A program made the translations under genes and the position numbers. Below are positions 9,587 to 19,751 of a stretch of DNA of 64,000 nucleotides, piece after piece (within the stretch, counting starts at the first letter, position 1; each line of letters starts with the position of its first letter). Location of the stretch: the NCBI GenBank assembly GCA_965655675.1, contig CBFHHI010000002.1:3763-67762 (forward strand), read 5' to 3'. The notes under the pieces were generated by a model that saw only the letters and a list, made by a program, of their open reading frames with translations, searched no databases and was not told the DNA's origin. Source of the DNA: Methylophilaceae bacterium (GTDB taxonomy: Bacteria; Pseudomonadota; Gammaproteobacteria; Burkholderiales; Methylophilaceae).

Positions 9587-10975
9587 ATGAAACCAATTTG
9601 GATATTAGACGACGATAAATCGATACGATGGGTGTTTGAAAAAGCACTTGCCCGCTCCGATTTAGCTTTCAAAACTTTTTCTTCTACCGCAGATGCACTT
9701 GTTGCAATGGAAAAAGAATTACCGCAAGTCATCGTTAGCGATATCCGTATGCCAGGCGGTTCTGGTTTAGATTTTTTGTCAGAAGTAAAAGAAAAGCATC
9801 CCGATATCCCAGTCATTATCATGACTGCCTACTCTGATCTAGAGAGCGCAGTCGCTGCATTTCAGCATGGTGCGTTTGAATATTTAGCAAAACCGTTTGA
9901 TGTTGATCAAGCGATTGACGTGATTAAACGCGCTGTCGATGAAACACTACGTCAAGAAGTAGAAAGCGTTGCCTTAGAAGAAACACCCGAAATTATTGGG
10001 CAAGCGCCAGCCATGCAAGAAGTGTTTCGCGCAATTGGACGTCTTAGTCGCTCACATGCTACCGTATTGATTAATGGCGAATCTGGCAGTGGTAAAGAGT
10101 TGGTAGCAAGCGCTTTACATCGGCACAGCCCGAGAGCAGATAATCCATTTATTGCAATTAACACTGCCGCTATTCCAAAAGATTTATTAGAGTCCGAGTT
10201 ATTTGGGCATGAACGTGGCGCCTTCACAGGCGCACAAGCCGCACGCCGCGGACGTTTTGAACAAGCCGATAACGGCACCTTATTTTTGGATGAAATTGGT
10301 GATATGCCAGCCGACTTACAAACACGATTATTACGTGTATTAAGTGATGGCCAGTTTTATCGCATTGGCGGTCATCAACCAATCAAAGTCAATGTAAGAG
10401 TCATCGCAGCGACGCATCAAAACTTAGAAGAGCGCGTTAAACTTGGCTTATTCCGCGAAGACTTATTCCACCGTCTAAATGTGATTCGCTTGCGGCTACC
10501 AGCATTGCGTGAGCGACGCGAAGATATCCCGTTACTAGCAAAATACTTCTTGCAACAAAGCGCGGTCAATCTAGGTGTGGATGCAAAAGTGCTGTCTCCA
10601 GATGCGCTCAAGTATTTAAGCACAGTGAATTGGAGTGGCAACGTGCGTCAGTTAGAAAACGTCTGTCACTGGCTCACTGTGATGGCACCAGGCCAAAATG
10701 TTGATGTTGCTGATTTACCGCCAGAGTTAAAAGATAATGGCGCCAAAACAGTATCTACCAACAACTGGCAAGATGCCCTAGCGCAAGAAGTGACGGATGC
10801 CCTCAATCGTGGCGAACAAGGCATTCTCGATAGCATCACAAAAGATTTTGAACGGGTCATGATCAAAAAAGCATTACAGCACACCGATGGTCGCCGTATT
10901 GAAGCTGCCACACAACTTGGCATGGGCCGCAATACACTAACCCGAAAAATACAAGAATTAGGCATAGAGGATTAA
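9587..10975 (+). CDS. glnG: Sigma-54-dependent response regulator NtrC
   Basis: Receiver domain (DDD...SDIRMPG), AAA+ domain with GESGSGKE and GAFTGA, and a C-terminal Fis-type HTH. Confidence 0.95.
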   Translation: MKPIWILDDDKSIRWVFEKALARSDLAFKTFSSTADALVAMEKELPQVIVSDIRMPGGSGLDFLSEVKEKHPDIPVIIMTAYSDLESAVAAFQHGAFEYLAKPFDVDQAIDVIKRAVDETLRQEVESVALEETPEIIGQAPAMQEVFRAIGRLSRSHATVLINGESGSGKELVASALHRHSPRADNPFIAINTAAIPKDLLESELFGHERGAFTGAQAARRGRFEQADNGTLFLDEIGDMPADLQTRLLRVLSDGQFYRIGGHQPIKVNVRVIAATHQNLEERVKLGLFREDLFHRLNVIRLRLPALRERREDIPLLAKYFLQQSAVNLGVDAKVLSPDALKYLSTVNWSGNVRQLENVCHWLTVMAPGQNVDVADLPPELKDNGAKTVSTNNWQDALAQEVTDALNRGEQGILDSITKDFERVMIKKALQHTDGRRIEAATQLGMGRNTLTRKIQELGIED

Positions 10976-11000
10976 TCAATATAGCCTGCCGCGCTGCGCT

Positions 11001-11086
11001 CGCAGTGACGGTTTTGTCTTTGCAATAAACAAAGTAACGAAGCAATATTCAGCCGTCATTGCGAGGAACAAAGTGACGAAGCAATC
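11001..11086. repeat. REP-like compound repeat (direct and inverted copies of an ATTGCGAGGAACAAAGTGACGAAGCAAT-type module)
   Basis: An 18-nt direct repeat at 11029-11046 and 11068-11085 matches 17/18. A 10-nt inverted repeat at 11002-11011 and 11053-11062 matches 9/10. A related motif lies at 12786-12809. Confidence 0.6.
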
Positions 11087-11155
11087 GATGGGTTAAACCG
11101 ACAAAGCTGGATTGTCTGGACAGCGGCATCATAATAACGGACTGGTCTCAATCAT

Positions 11156-11183
11156 AAAAAACGGCAACCGAAGTTGCCGTTTT
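11156..11183 (-). terminator. Rho-independent terminator after the porin gene (possibly bidirectional, shared with ntrC)
   Basis: ACGGCAAC-CGAA-GTTGCCGT hairpin flanked by an A-run and a T-run. On the minus strand it is followed by TTTTT. Confidence 0.8.
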
Positions 11184-11225
11184 CATTCACACTACAGCGT
11201 AATGCTGTATTAGATTGATTTTATC

Positions 11226-12422
11226 CTAGAAGAATAAGATCGCACCAAGTGAAACTGTTTTTGCTTTAACATCTGTATTAACAGCTGCCTTAGTTTCAAG
11301 TTCTTGAATTGAGTACTCAGCTACTAAGTTCAAATGTTTTGTGATTGGGTGGTAAGCTCCAATGGTTAACATTTCGTTTGTCTGCTCTCTTAATGCTTCA
11401 CCAGAATTTCCCTCAAGTTCTGACTCACCATAAGAAATACCAACTTTAGTAGCTGTTGGAAGTGCATAAGTAGCTTGTACATACCAGTCTTTTGAATCAC
11501 GCGCTTTACCAGCTGCATCATAACCTTGGCTGAATAATACACCAGTACCTGTACCGTCACCTTGACCATAATAACCAGTCAAGCCCAAACCAGCTATATT
11601 AACTGTTGTACCAATATCCCATGCAAAAGCAGTATCGTTGCTCGCACCAAGGCCATTTGGATTTTCAACATTTTGTGAGATGAATGAAGTCCAAACTTTA
11701 CCAGAAACATCACCAGTCCATGCGTATGCTGCTTTACCTTCGTATGCAGATTCTGAACCACCGCGTTCACCAACTGCTTGACCAATTAGACCATTACCAC
11801 CACCAGCTGTAGTTGGGCCCCATGACTGAGTTACACCAACTGTGAAGTCAAAACCATTCCAGTTAGGTGATGTGTAAGCCACTTGAGTTTTCCAGTCAGC
11901 GTACATAAAACCAGTACCGATACGGCCTAATGTTGTTGTGTTTCCAGCCAATGAACCAGCTGCTGAACCAACACCCAACAATGTCATGTCGTTTAAGATA
12001 GCGTCAGAAGCATAGATACCTAAATCTTTACCTAATTTGATAGAACCCCATGAAGCATCACCAAATGTTAAGAATGCTTGACGGTTTTCTTGCTGTGCAC
12101 TTTGGTTACCTGAACCACGTGTTGAACCACCTGGATTGATTGAGATAGTGAAAGCAACATCTAAATCATTTTGACGTGTTTTACCAGAAACTGATAGGTA
12201 GTTTGGTAATAGACCTGTAGTGATATTATTAACGCTATCACCATTACCAAATTCACCAGCAGTAGCATCATCACCACTGAAAGATGTATGTGTGTAGTAA
12301 GCGTTTACAACACCGCCGATGTCCAATGTCCAATCGCCAGCTGGAATCATAATACCAGCGTTAGCGCTTGAAGCACCAGCAACTAACGCTGCTGCAACTG
12401 CTAATTTTAACTTGTTGTTCAT
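11226..12422 (-). CDS. Outer-membrane porin (general/beta-barrel type)
   Basis: Signal peptide ending ANA, alternating Gly/aromatic beta-strand pattern, C-terminal ...LGAILFF, and a strong AGGAG SD. Confidence 0.85.
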   Translation of the reverse strand: MNNKLKLAVAAALVAGASSANAGIMIPAGDWTLDIGGVVNAYYTHTSFSGDDATAGEFGNGDSVNNITTGLLPNYLSVSGKTRQNDLDVAFTISINPGGSTRGSGNQSAQQENRQAFLTFGDASWGSIKLGKDLGIYASDAILNDMTLLGVGSAAGSLAGNTTTLGRIGTGFMYADWKTQVAYTSPNWNGFDFTVGVTQSWGPTTAGGGNGLIGQAVGERGGSESAYEGKAAYAWTGDVSGKVWTSFISQNVENPNGLGASNDTAFAWDIGTTVNIAGLGLTGYYGQGDGTGTGVLFSQGYDAAGKARDSKDWYVQATYALPTATKVGISYGESELEGNSGEALREQTNEMLTIGAYHPITKHLNLVAEYSIQELETKAAVNTDVKAKTVSLGAILFF

Positions 12423-12808
12423 GTAATTCTCCTAAAGTTTTTACTTAATGTATTAACTGCTTTTTTACTACTTATGTATGCTCATTTTATTTTTTGGTTA
12501 AGCCATCAAGCCACTATTGATACCTAGCACTTAATCGTTTAATCAAAAATATGAGTATTGTTTTAAACTTTCTTAATGTGCAATGATTAATTAAATAATC
12601 ACTTTACCCAAGAAGGTTATGGGCTAGTATGCCAAAGCTTAGTATTGCCAAGCAAGTGTTAACTTATTTTTAGCTTGTCTTTTTTTCATTTGTTGTGTTG
12701 TTACAACAAACTTGCTTGCTGGCTACTTTACTTTAATTTTTTGAAAAGTGGTTTTGAAAAGCGATCTGGCCTACCGCGCTTCACTCAAAGTGACAGGATG
12801 AAAGCAAT

Positions 12809-13894
12809 CTATTCATGATAATCAGCTAACGTTAATTGCAGTGCTTTGCTGTCATATTCACTGGTAATAATGGCTTTCCCTATACCTTGTTGCAAGACTA
12901 GTCGGATTTTTCCATCTTGTACTTTCTTATCCAAGCCCATCAATTCAAGGTATCTTTCGACACCTAATGCTGGTGGTGTTTGCTGTAGTTTGGCTGATTG
13001 GAAGATGCTTTGCATGCGTTGTATATCGCTAGTGTTTAACCAGCCCATGCGTAATGAAAGATTGGCGGCCATCATTGTGCCTGCGGCTACTGCTTCACCA
13101 TGCAACCAAACACCATAGCCCATTGCATTTTCAATAGCATGGCCAAATGTGTGGCCGAGATTGAGCAGAGCACGCTCTCCTGCTTCTTTTTCATCTGCCA
13201 CGACAACATCGGCTTTGTTTTTACAGGAGCGATAAACAGCTTCAGAAATGACAGCTTCATCTAATGCCATTAATGCTGACATATTGGCTTCTAGCCAATC
13301 AAAAAACGCTGCGTCTCGAATTAACCCATATTTAATCACCTCAGCAACACCTGCCGATAGCTCGCGTTGTGGCAAGGTATGTAAAGTATTGGTGTCGATT
13401 AAAACGAGTTTAGGCTGATAAAACGCACCTATCATGTTTTTGCCTTGCGGATGGTTGATGCCCGTTTTTCCGCCCACGCTAGAGTCTACTTGCGACAACA
13501 AGGTGGTTGGAATCTGTATAAATGGCACACCACGCAAATAAGTTGCAGCCGCGTAACCAGTTAAATCACCAATAACACCGCCACCTAAAGCGATAAGTGT
13601 TGTATTTCGTTCACAACGTGCGTTGATTAATGCATCGTAAATAAGATTGAGTGTTTCATTATTTTTATATTGCTCGCCATCTGGCAGGATAATTTCGATC
13701 ACTTGCACACCCGCCTCGCGCAAGGGCTTTGCTACTTGCGCCATATAAAGTGGTGCGACTGTGGTATTGCTGATAATCGCAACCTGCTTTTGCTTGATGT
13801 ATTGTAGCAATAATGCTGTTTCGTTTAGCATGCCCGATCCGATATGAATAGGGTAGCTACGTTCGGCTAAGGCGACATTTAATAGTTGTTTCAT
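12809..13894 (-). CDS. aroB: 3-dehydroquinate synthase
   Basis: 361 aa. Contains [34 protein letters not shown] and HTFGHAIE. Confidence 0.95.
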   Translation of the reverse strand: MKQLLNVALAERSYPIHIGSGMLNETALLLQYIKQKQVAIISNTTVAPLYMAQVAKPLREAGVQVIEIILPDGEQYKNNETLNLIYDALINARCERNTTLIALGGGVIGDLTGYAAATYLRGVPFIQIPTTLLSQVDSSVGGKTGINHPQGKNMIGAFYQPKLVLIDTNTLHTLPQRELSAGVAEVIKYGLIRDAAFFDWLEANMSALMALDEAVISEAVYRSCKNKADVVVADEKEAGERALLNLGHTFGHAIENAMGYGVWLHGEAVAAGTMMAANLSLRMGWLNTSDIQRMQSIFQSAKLQQTPPALGVERYLELMGLDKKVQDGKIRLVLQQGIGKAIITSEYDSKALQLTLADYHE

Positions 13895-14442
13895 AATGCT
13901 TTATAAGTTTTCTTAATTTGATTAATCAGCACACTGGCAGGCTGTCTGCCAGTATCGACAATACAATCGGCAATTTCTGTATAGATAGGATGCCGCTCTT
14001 GATATAGCTGCTCTAATTTGGTTTGTATATCAACATTTTGCAATAATGGACGTTGTTTGTCATGACGCATTCTTTTCCATAAATCATTGACTGCTGCGCG
14101 TAGATAAATCACATAACCGTGCTTTTGTAGTGCAGCTCTGTTTTCTGGGGATAAGACAGCGCCACCACCAGTTGCTAGCACGATATTATCGAGTTGCGTT
14201 AATTCCTCAATCACCGCAGCTTCTCGCTTTCTAAATCCTTCTTCGCCTTCTAAATCAAAAATCACAGCAACTTTAACGCCTGTTCTTGCTTCTATTTCAT
14301 GATCGGCATCATAAAATGTTTTCCCTAGTTGCTTTGCAAGCTGCTTGCCAATGGTGGTCTTGCCAGCGCCCATTAGCCCGATCAGAAATAAATTATTTAG
14401 CTTGGACAAAATAAAAATGCCTATCAATTGAATGATAGGCAT
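13891..14442 (-). CDS. aroK: Shikimate kinase
   Basis: P-loop [15 protein letters not shown]. This is the maximal ORF. A TTG at 14409 would give the canonical short N-terminus [19 protein letters not shown], and the ATG at 14442 sits inside a terminator-like hairpin. Confidence 0.9.
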   Translation of the reverse strand: MPIIQLIGIFILSKLNNLFLIGLMGAGKTTIGKQLAKQLGKTFYDADHEIEARTGVKVAVIFDLEGEEGFRKREAAVIEELTQLDNIVLATGGGAVLSPENRAALQKHGYVIYLRAAVNDLWKRMRHDKQRPLLQNVDIQTKLEQLYQERHPIYTEIADCIVDTGRQPASVLINQIKKTYKAL

Positions 14443-14445
14443 TTT
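14414..14445 (-). terminator. Hairpin between pilQ and aroK (terminator or attenuator-like)
   Basis: AAAATGCCTATCA-ATTGAA-TGATAGGCATTTT, a 13-bp stem. On the minus strand it is followed by TTTTATTTT. Confidence 0.55.
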
Positions 14446-14508
14446 AAGCCAAAGTCAACGTTCTGTCAGGTCAAGTTAAGATTGAGGGTTTGACCAACAT
14501 AGCTAACA

Positions 14509-16686
14509 CTAATGTAAGGCTAAGGTTTCATCCATAATTTTTGGTGTTACAAAAATCAATAACTCGGTCTTATCATCTTGTCTTCTACGCGTTTTAAATG
14601 CGTTTCCAATGATAGGTAAATCGCCGAAGAATGGCACTTTATTGACTTGGTTTCTTTCCTCTTGTTCGTAAATACCGCCCAGCACCGCTGTTTCGCCGTT
14701 AGACACTAGCACCTGTGTTGTGATGTTTTGTGTATCAATAGAGGGAACGCCTGCAAAGACTGTACCGACACGTTCTTTTCGCACATCCAAATCCATAATG
14801 ATTTTATCGTCTGGGGTAATTTGTGGCGTTACTTCCAAACTCAACACTGCCTCTTTAAATGATACCGTGGCTGCACCACTGGCCGCCGCTTCCAAAAACG
14901 GAATCTCGGTACCTTGTGCTATTTTTGCTTTTTGCTGGTTCGCAGTTGTGACGCGCGGGCTTGAAACCACCTTACCGCGGTTATCTGTTTCTAACGCTGT
15001 TAGCTCTAGATTTAACAACAAGCCGGCTGGTAACCTAAATAAACTGAAGGCAAGACTACCCAGGTTGGTAGAACTGGTCACAGGGAAATTGGAAGCTAAC
15101 CCACCAGTACTTGCAGTTTGGACTACCGTCGCGCCATCTGCACTCGTCCGTTGAACGGCACTGGTAGAATCTAAGCTACCGCCAATCGCTAGCGTGTTTT
15201 GTCCTGGTGTTGTGAAAGACTCCACACCGAATCGGGCGCCAAGCTCTTTACCAAATTTTTCGTCTGCAATCACTAAGCGCGACTCTATCATCACTTGCCT
15301 TACAGGAATATCAACCTTATCAAGCACAGCGCGAATCTCTTCTAATTTTCGCGGTGTATCTTGAATAAACAGTGTGTTGGTTCTTGGATCTGAGTTAACC
15401 GAACCACGCATTGAGAGAATTGAGTTTCTGTTCATCATCCCTCCAGCACCACCGCCACCAAAACCGCCACCGCCGCCTGCACCACCCATATCACCCCAAA
15501 GTAAAATTTTAAAATCATCGGCTTTTTGGTACTTTAATTGAAAGACCTCTGTGACTAAAGGCTCTAACTCTTCAACTGCTTTTGTCGCTTCGAGTGCAGC
15601 CTTCTCTTTTGCTGCCACTTCTTCGGCTGGGGCTACAGTAATCACGTTGCCTACTTTACGCATCGTTAAGGCTTTATTTTGCATGATAATATCAAGCGCT
15701 TGATCCCAAGGCACATCTTTTAATCTCAGCGTTAAGTTGCCCACCACAGTGTCACTTGCGACAATATTCAACCCTGTAAACTCTGCAATCACCTGTAAAA
15801 CTGAACGCACTTCAACATCTTGAAAGTTGAGCGATAGCTTTTCTCCGCTATACCCTGGCTTCGCACCTTTGACTAGTGTGTTTGGATCTTCTACGACTTT
15901 ACGCACATCTATAATAAACTTTTTATCAGCTTGATAAGCAGACTGCTCCCATTTGCCCTGCGGCTCAATCATCACACGACTATTACTACCCTGCTTAATG
16001 GTATCTACATACATGACAGGTGTGTTAAAACCAATGACATTTAAACGACGCTGCAAGGCTGCAGAAACATCGGTGTCTGCAAAATCTACAATAATTTGTT
16101 CGCCTTGTTGTTTGATATTGATGCCAGTATTAGGATCTGCCAAATCAATAATCACACGCCCTTCACCATTTTTTCCTCGCGCAAAATCAACATTAGTGAT
16201 GGCATGATTGCCTTTATTCGCTGGGCGCTCTGCAAACCGCGTTTCAATTGGTGTCTTAGCCACCTGTTCATTTAGACCTAGACTAATAATGACATCACTG
16301 CCTTCTAATACTGTGTTGTAGTTCACTGTTTTTGCTAAATTTAACACCACTCTTGTGCGATCTTTAGCTTGTGCTAGCGCAATACTTTTCAGCAAGCCTT
16401 GACCGCCTTTTATATTATTTTCTTTTAGCTTGTTACCTGTATTAGGAAAATCGAGTGCGATTCTGGCCGGACTTTGCAAGGCAAAACTGGCTGGCGGATT
16501 CGCTAAGGGTGACGTCATTTTTATACGAATACTGACCCGACCGCCTGCCAATGTGGCAAAGTCGACACTTTCTATATTATTACTAAATGCTACTTCAGCC
16601 GCTAAACCAGACGTTATTAGACTTAAACCCAATGCCAGTATGATGCTAATCCATTTTTTCATTATTATCGTCATGTTTCTTCCCAT
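14509..16686 (-). CDS. pilQ: Type IV pilus secretin PilQ
   Basis: Signal peptide, AMIN-like N-terminal repeats, Gly-rich linker, and a C-terminal secretin core (VPFFGDLPIIGNAFK). The start could instead be the internal ATG at 16662. Confidence 0.93.
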   Translation of the reverse strand: MGRNMTIIMKKWISIILALGLSLITSGLAAEVAFSNNIESVDFATLAGGRVSIRIKMTSPLANPPASFALQSPARIALDFPNTGNKLKENNIKGGQGLLKSIALAQAKDRTRVVLNLAKTVNYNTVLEGSDVIISLGLNEQVAKTPIETRFAERPANKGNHAITNVDFARGKNGEGRVIIDLADPNTGINIKQQGEQIIVDFADTDVSAALQRRLNVIGFNTPVMYVDTIKQGSNSRVMIEPQGKWEQSAYQADKKFIIDVRKVVEDPNTLVKGAKPGYSGEKLSLNFQDVEVRSVLQVIAEFTGLNIVASDTVVGNLTLRLKDVPWDQALDIIMQNKALTMRKVGNVITVAPAEEVAAKEKAALEATKAVEELEPLVTEVFQLKYQKADDFKILLWGDMGGAGGGGGFGGGGAGGMMNRNSILSMRGSVNSDPRTNTLFIQDTPRKLEEIRAVLDKVDIPVRQVMIESRLVIADEKFGKELGARFGVESFTTPGQNTLAIGGSLDSTSAVQRTSADGATVVQTASTGGLASNFPVTSSTNLGSLAFSLFRLPAGLLLNLELTALETDNRGKVVSSPRVTTANQQKAKIAQGTEIPFLEAAASGAATVSFKEAVLSLEVTPQITPDDKIIMDLDVRKERVGTVFAGVPSIDTQNITTQVLVSNGETAVLGGIYEQEERNQVNKVPFFGDLPIIGNAFKTRRRQDDKTELLIFVTPKIMDETLALH
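15439..15487 (-). repeat. Gly-rich low-complexity tract within pilQ (GGAGGGGGFGGGGAGG)
   Basis: A GGN/GCN codon run on the coding strand. Seen directly in the ORF translation. Confidence 0.7.
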
Positions 16687-16689
16687 TAT

Positions 16690-17211
16690 TTATTCTTGCA
16701 AATTAATACTAGCATCACGCTCTATCCAATCACCGTCAAAGTCATCTTGAACAACTTCTTTTATGGTGATTGCACCATCTTGAATTGAGGTGATTAAGCC
16801 AAAATTTGGCCCAATATAATTGCCAACTCTTAATTGATGCAATGCACCATCAGGCGTTTTAATTAATGCAAATTTTGCGCCTTCTTTACTCATTGAACCC
16901 ACATAGAACAGACTCTCTAGTGGAAAAGATTCCATCAGTTCTTTTCGCCGATTTGTATTCGGCTGCAAAGCGCCAGCTCCGCGTTTTGTTTGGCGTGCTT
17001 TGAAAGGATCTACCAAGGTATCATCTGCGTTGTATGGCACGGGTTTATATGGCAAAACCTCTGGCAAAGGGTCAACCGTGAGACTCATATTTGCCGCTGC
17101 ATTTTGCATGAACTGATCAAGATCATCGCCCTGCCCACCATCGCACGCGGCTAACAAGCAAGAAAGCAACGCAACTAGTGCAATAGTAAAACGCATGCTA
17201 TTCAAACTCAT
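16690..17211 (-). CDS. pilP: Type IV pilus assembly lipoprotein PilP
   Basis: Lipobox LLAAC, 173 aa, and its position between pilO and pilQ. Confidence 0.85.
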   Translation of the reverse strand: MSLNSMRFTIALVALLSCLLAACDGGQGDDLDQFMQNAAANMSLTVDPLPEVLPYKPVPYNADDTLVDPFKARQTKRGAGALQPNTNRRKELMESFPLESLFYVGSMSKEGAKFALIKTPDGALHQLRVGNYIGPNFGLITSIQDGAITIKEVVQDDFDGDWIERDASINLQE

Positions 17212-17852
17212 TTCTGAACCCTTTTTTTATCTTCTTCTGCTTTTCTTTCTGCCACTTCCGATGCATCAAGATAACGATAGGTTTTTGCTACCGCTTCTAG
17301 CACCAACTTCCCACCACCGCCTTTGACATCTTTTTGGAGCGGTATAATTGATAAATTGTTTAACGTCACAATACGCGACAATCTTGAGACATCTGTCGCA
17401 AATGCTCCGATATCGTGGTAATTACCTAGTACTTTAATTTCTATAGGCATCTCAGCGTAAAAATCAGCTATTACTTCCTGCCCCGGCTTAAATAACTCGA
17501 ACTCTAAACCACGTCCAAGACCAGATTGATTGATATCCGTTAATAAGCCATCCATTTGGGAACGATCAGGTAATTGTTTTAACAATGCGCCAAATGTTTT
17601 TTCAATATCAACCATTTGCTGTCGGTATGCTTCGATTTTTACCGCTTGGCTTTTTTTTGTTAAGAACGTTTGTCTCAGCTCCTGCTCCTGAGCTTCTGCT
17701 TGATCACAATCTTCTATTGCTGGCCGCCATAATAAAAAATAACCAGCAATCAATAAAACCAATGCCAACATTCCCAACAATACCAATTTGACCGGAATAG
17801 GCAAACTACCAGCACTTTTAAGATCAATATTATTAAAGTCATCTAATTTCAT
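17208..17852 (-). CDS. pilO: Type IV pilus assembly protein PilO
   Basis: 214 aa, single TM segment followed by a coiled coil. It overlaps pilP by 4 nt and follows conserved gene order. Confidence 0.85.
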   Translation of the reverse strand: MKLDDFNNIDLKSAGSLPIPVKLVLLGMLALVLLIAGYFLLWRPAIEDCDQAEAQEQELRQTFLTKKSQAVKIEAYRQQMVDIEKTFGALLKQLPDRSQMDGLLTDINQSGLGRGLEFELFKPGQEVIADFYAEMPIEIKVLGNYHDIGAFATDVSRLSRIVTLNNLSIIPLQKDVKGGGGKLVLEAVAKTYRYLDASEVAERKAEEDKKRVQK

Positions 17853-18436
17853 GATGGCACACTCGTCGATTTTGCAGTCTGCTGCTGGGGTTCAGCTTGC
17901 ATTTTAAGATTAACGTTGATCGTAAAATCGTTTTCTTTGATATTGTTAATCGCCATTGTTTTAATTTCAATCAGCACTGGCTTTTCTAACCACTGAGATG
18001 TGCCTAAATTTCTGACTAAAGTTGCGACACGTGCGTTGGTATCAGCAACGCCTTCCATAGTAATTAGGTTTTCTGTTTGCCGGATACTTTTTAAATACAA
18101 GCCTTCGGGCAGCTGTCTGGCCAACTCATCTAGCACGACAATCGCCTGACTACGATTGCTTTGCAGGTTTTCAACAATGCGTTTTCTTTCTAGTACATTA
18201 TTGATTTGATTTTTCAATTCACTAATATCAGCAATCTCCGTTTCTAATACTGTAATTGCACGCTCTAAGCGACTATTACGCTCCAATTGAGACTGTTTTT
18301 TTGCCCCTATGTAGCTCCAGCCAATAAACAGAATTGCCATCGCCGATACTGCAATAAATAACGCCATTAAAGCAAATTCTCGTTGTTTTTCGGCACGTCT
18401 AATTTGACGATGCGGGAGTAAGTTAATCCGTACCAT
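17849..18436 (-). CDS. pilN: Type IV pilus assembly protein PilN
   Basis: N-terminal MVRINLLPHR motif, a TM segment and a coiled coil. Confidence 0.88.
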   Translation of the reverse strand: MVRINLLPHRQIRRAEKQREFALMALFIAVSAMAILFIGWSYIGAKKQSQLERNSRLERAITVLETEIADISELKNQINNVLERKRIVENLQSNRSQAIVVLDELARQLPEGLYLKSIRQTENLITMEGVADTNARVATLVRNLGTSQWLEKPVLIEIKTMAINNIKENDFTINVNLKMQAEPQQQTAKSTSVPS

Positions 18437-19507
18437 TTAATCGATTCCTCGCATGGCCAAACCACAGGCCACCATTAATGCTGGAGCATCAATTGCGACC
18501 TGCTGTGGCTTCACTTTCGCACTGAGGGACATTGCCTGAAATGGGTTTGCGATAATGACATTCATTTCTGTTTTTGCCTGCACCGCAACATCAATCCCCG
18601 TGATGGCGGCACCACCACCTGCTAATACAATATGATCTACACGGTTGTATTGGGTTGAGCTTGTGAAAAACTGTAGTGCTCGAGCAACTTCAACCGACAA
18701 GGTCTCGATAAAAGGATCCAATACTTCTGCTGCGTAACTATCAGGTAAGCCGCCTTTCCGTTTCGCAATCTCGGCTTCCTCTAGCGACAACCCAAAACGA
18801 CGTTGAATTTCTTGTGTCAATTGTGCACATCCAAAAGCTTGTTCGCGAATATAGACTGACTGGTTGTTGTGTAGCACATTCACATGCATGATGGTTGCAC
18901 CCATATCAACAATCATGACCGTTTGTCCTTTACCTGACTTTGGTAATTGTGCTGCAACTAACTGATAAGCAGCTTCGGTCGCATATGTATCAACATCCAT
19001 CACAATAACCTTGAGGCCCGCATCTTCTGCCGCCGCCACCCGATCTTCTATTTTTTCCTTACGTGCTGCTGCAATCAGCACTTCAACTTCATCGGGATTG
19101 TTAGGCGCAGGGCCAAGCACCTGAAACTCAATATTCACTTCTTCGAGTGGGAATGGAATATATTGATTTGCCTCGCCTTCCACCTGCACTTCCATTTCAT
19201 TTTCTCTTAAGCCTGCCATTAACATGACTTTTTTAGTGATTACTGCGGATGAAGGTAGTGCTAATGCAGCGTTTTTCTGCCTAGTGCCTAATAGTTTCCA
19301 AGCAAGTTGCACTGCATCAGAGACTTGCTCCAAACTAACAACATTACCGTCGACAATCGCATCCTTAGGAAGGGGGGCCATCGCATAACCCTCGAGGTGA
19401 TAGCCTTTGCGAGCGCTGCTCGATAGCTCCACAATCTTAATTGCAGACGTGCTAATGTCTATACCGATTAAAGGTGGGGTGCTTTCACTGAAAAAATCGA
19501 ATTTCAA
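18437..19507 (-). CDS. pilM: Type IV pilus assembly ATPase-like protein PilM
   Basis: 356 aa with an actin/FtsA-like fold pattern (GIDISTSAIK, VDMGAT, LAGGGA). It is the first gene of pilMNOPQ. Confidence 0.92.
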   Translation of the reverse strand: MKFDFFSESTPPLIGIDISTSAIKIVELSSSARKGYHLEGYAMAPLPKDAIVDGNVVSLEQVSDAVQLAWKLLGTRQKNAALALPSSAVITKKVMLMAGLRENEMEVQVEGEANQYIPFPLEEVNIEFQVLGPAPNNPDEVEVLIAAARKEKIEDRVAAAEDAGLKVIVMDVDTYATEAAYQLVAAQLPKSGKGQTVMIVDMGATIMHVNVLHNNQSVYIREQAFGCAQLTQEIQRRFGLSLEEAEIAKRKGGLPDSYAAEVLDPFIETLSVEVARALQFFTSSTQYNRVDHIVLAGGGAAITGIDVAVQAKTEMNVIIANPFQAMSLSAKVKPQQVAIDAPALMVACGLAMRGID

Positions 19508-19751
19508 ATTAAAAATTTCTTTCTATTTTCGTTAGTTACGCACGTTAGCGATAAATTGCATTAAATCCTAGCAATAAGGTTGCTTGCTGTAAAGAAGTTT
19601 CTAATTTTAAATCGCTCAATATCCGCTCTGGGACTGTGTTTTTGCGATTTAAACGACATTAAATCTGAAGAAAGTGCTGTTATTGGTTTGGTTAATCCGC
19701 ATAACCTTATATACTTCTAAATTACATTAGTTTGATATCAAAATACCAGTT

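Noticed and set aside
12689-12710. AT-rich hairpin TTTGTTGT-GTTGTT-ACAACAAA and a duplicated TTTTGAAAAG in the 386-nt aroB-porin spacer, the largest spacer in the window.
   Set aside because: No U-tract follows on either strand. The stem is weak and all A/T/G-U rich. I found no conserved RNA motif or small ORF with an SD, so the spacer is most simply the porin promoter and 5' UTR.
14720-15154. 144-aa plus-strand ORF antisense to pilQ. Similar antisense ORFs lie at 50345-50854 (opposite mreB), 24096-24485 (opposite trpC), 38557-38877, 9952-10278 and 50942-51334.
   Set aside because: Each lies entirely inside a strongly supported gene on the opposite strand. Each has the Ser/Ala/Arg/Cys-rich composition typical of shadow frames, with no SD or recognisable motifs.
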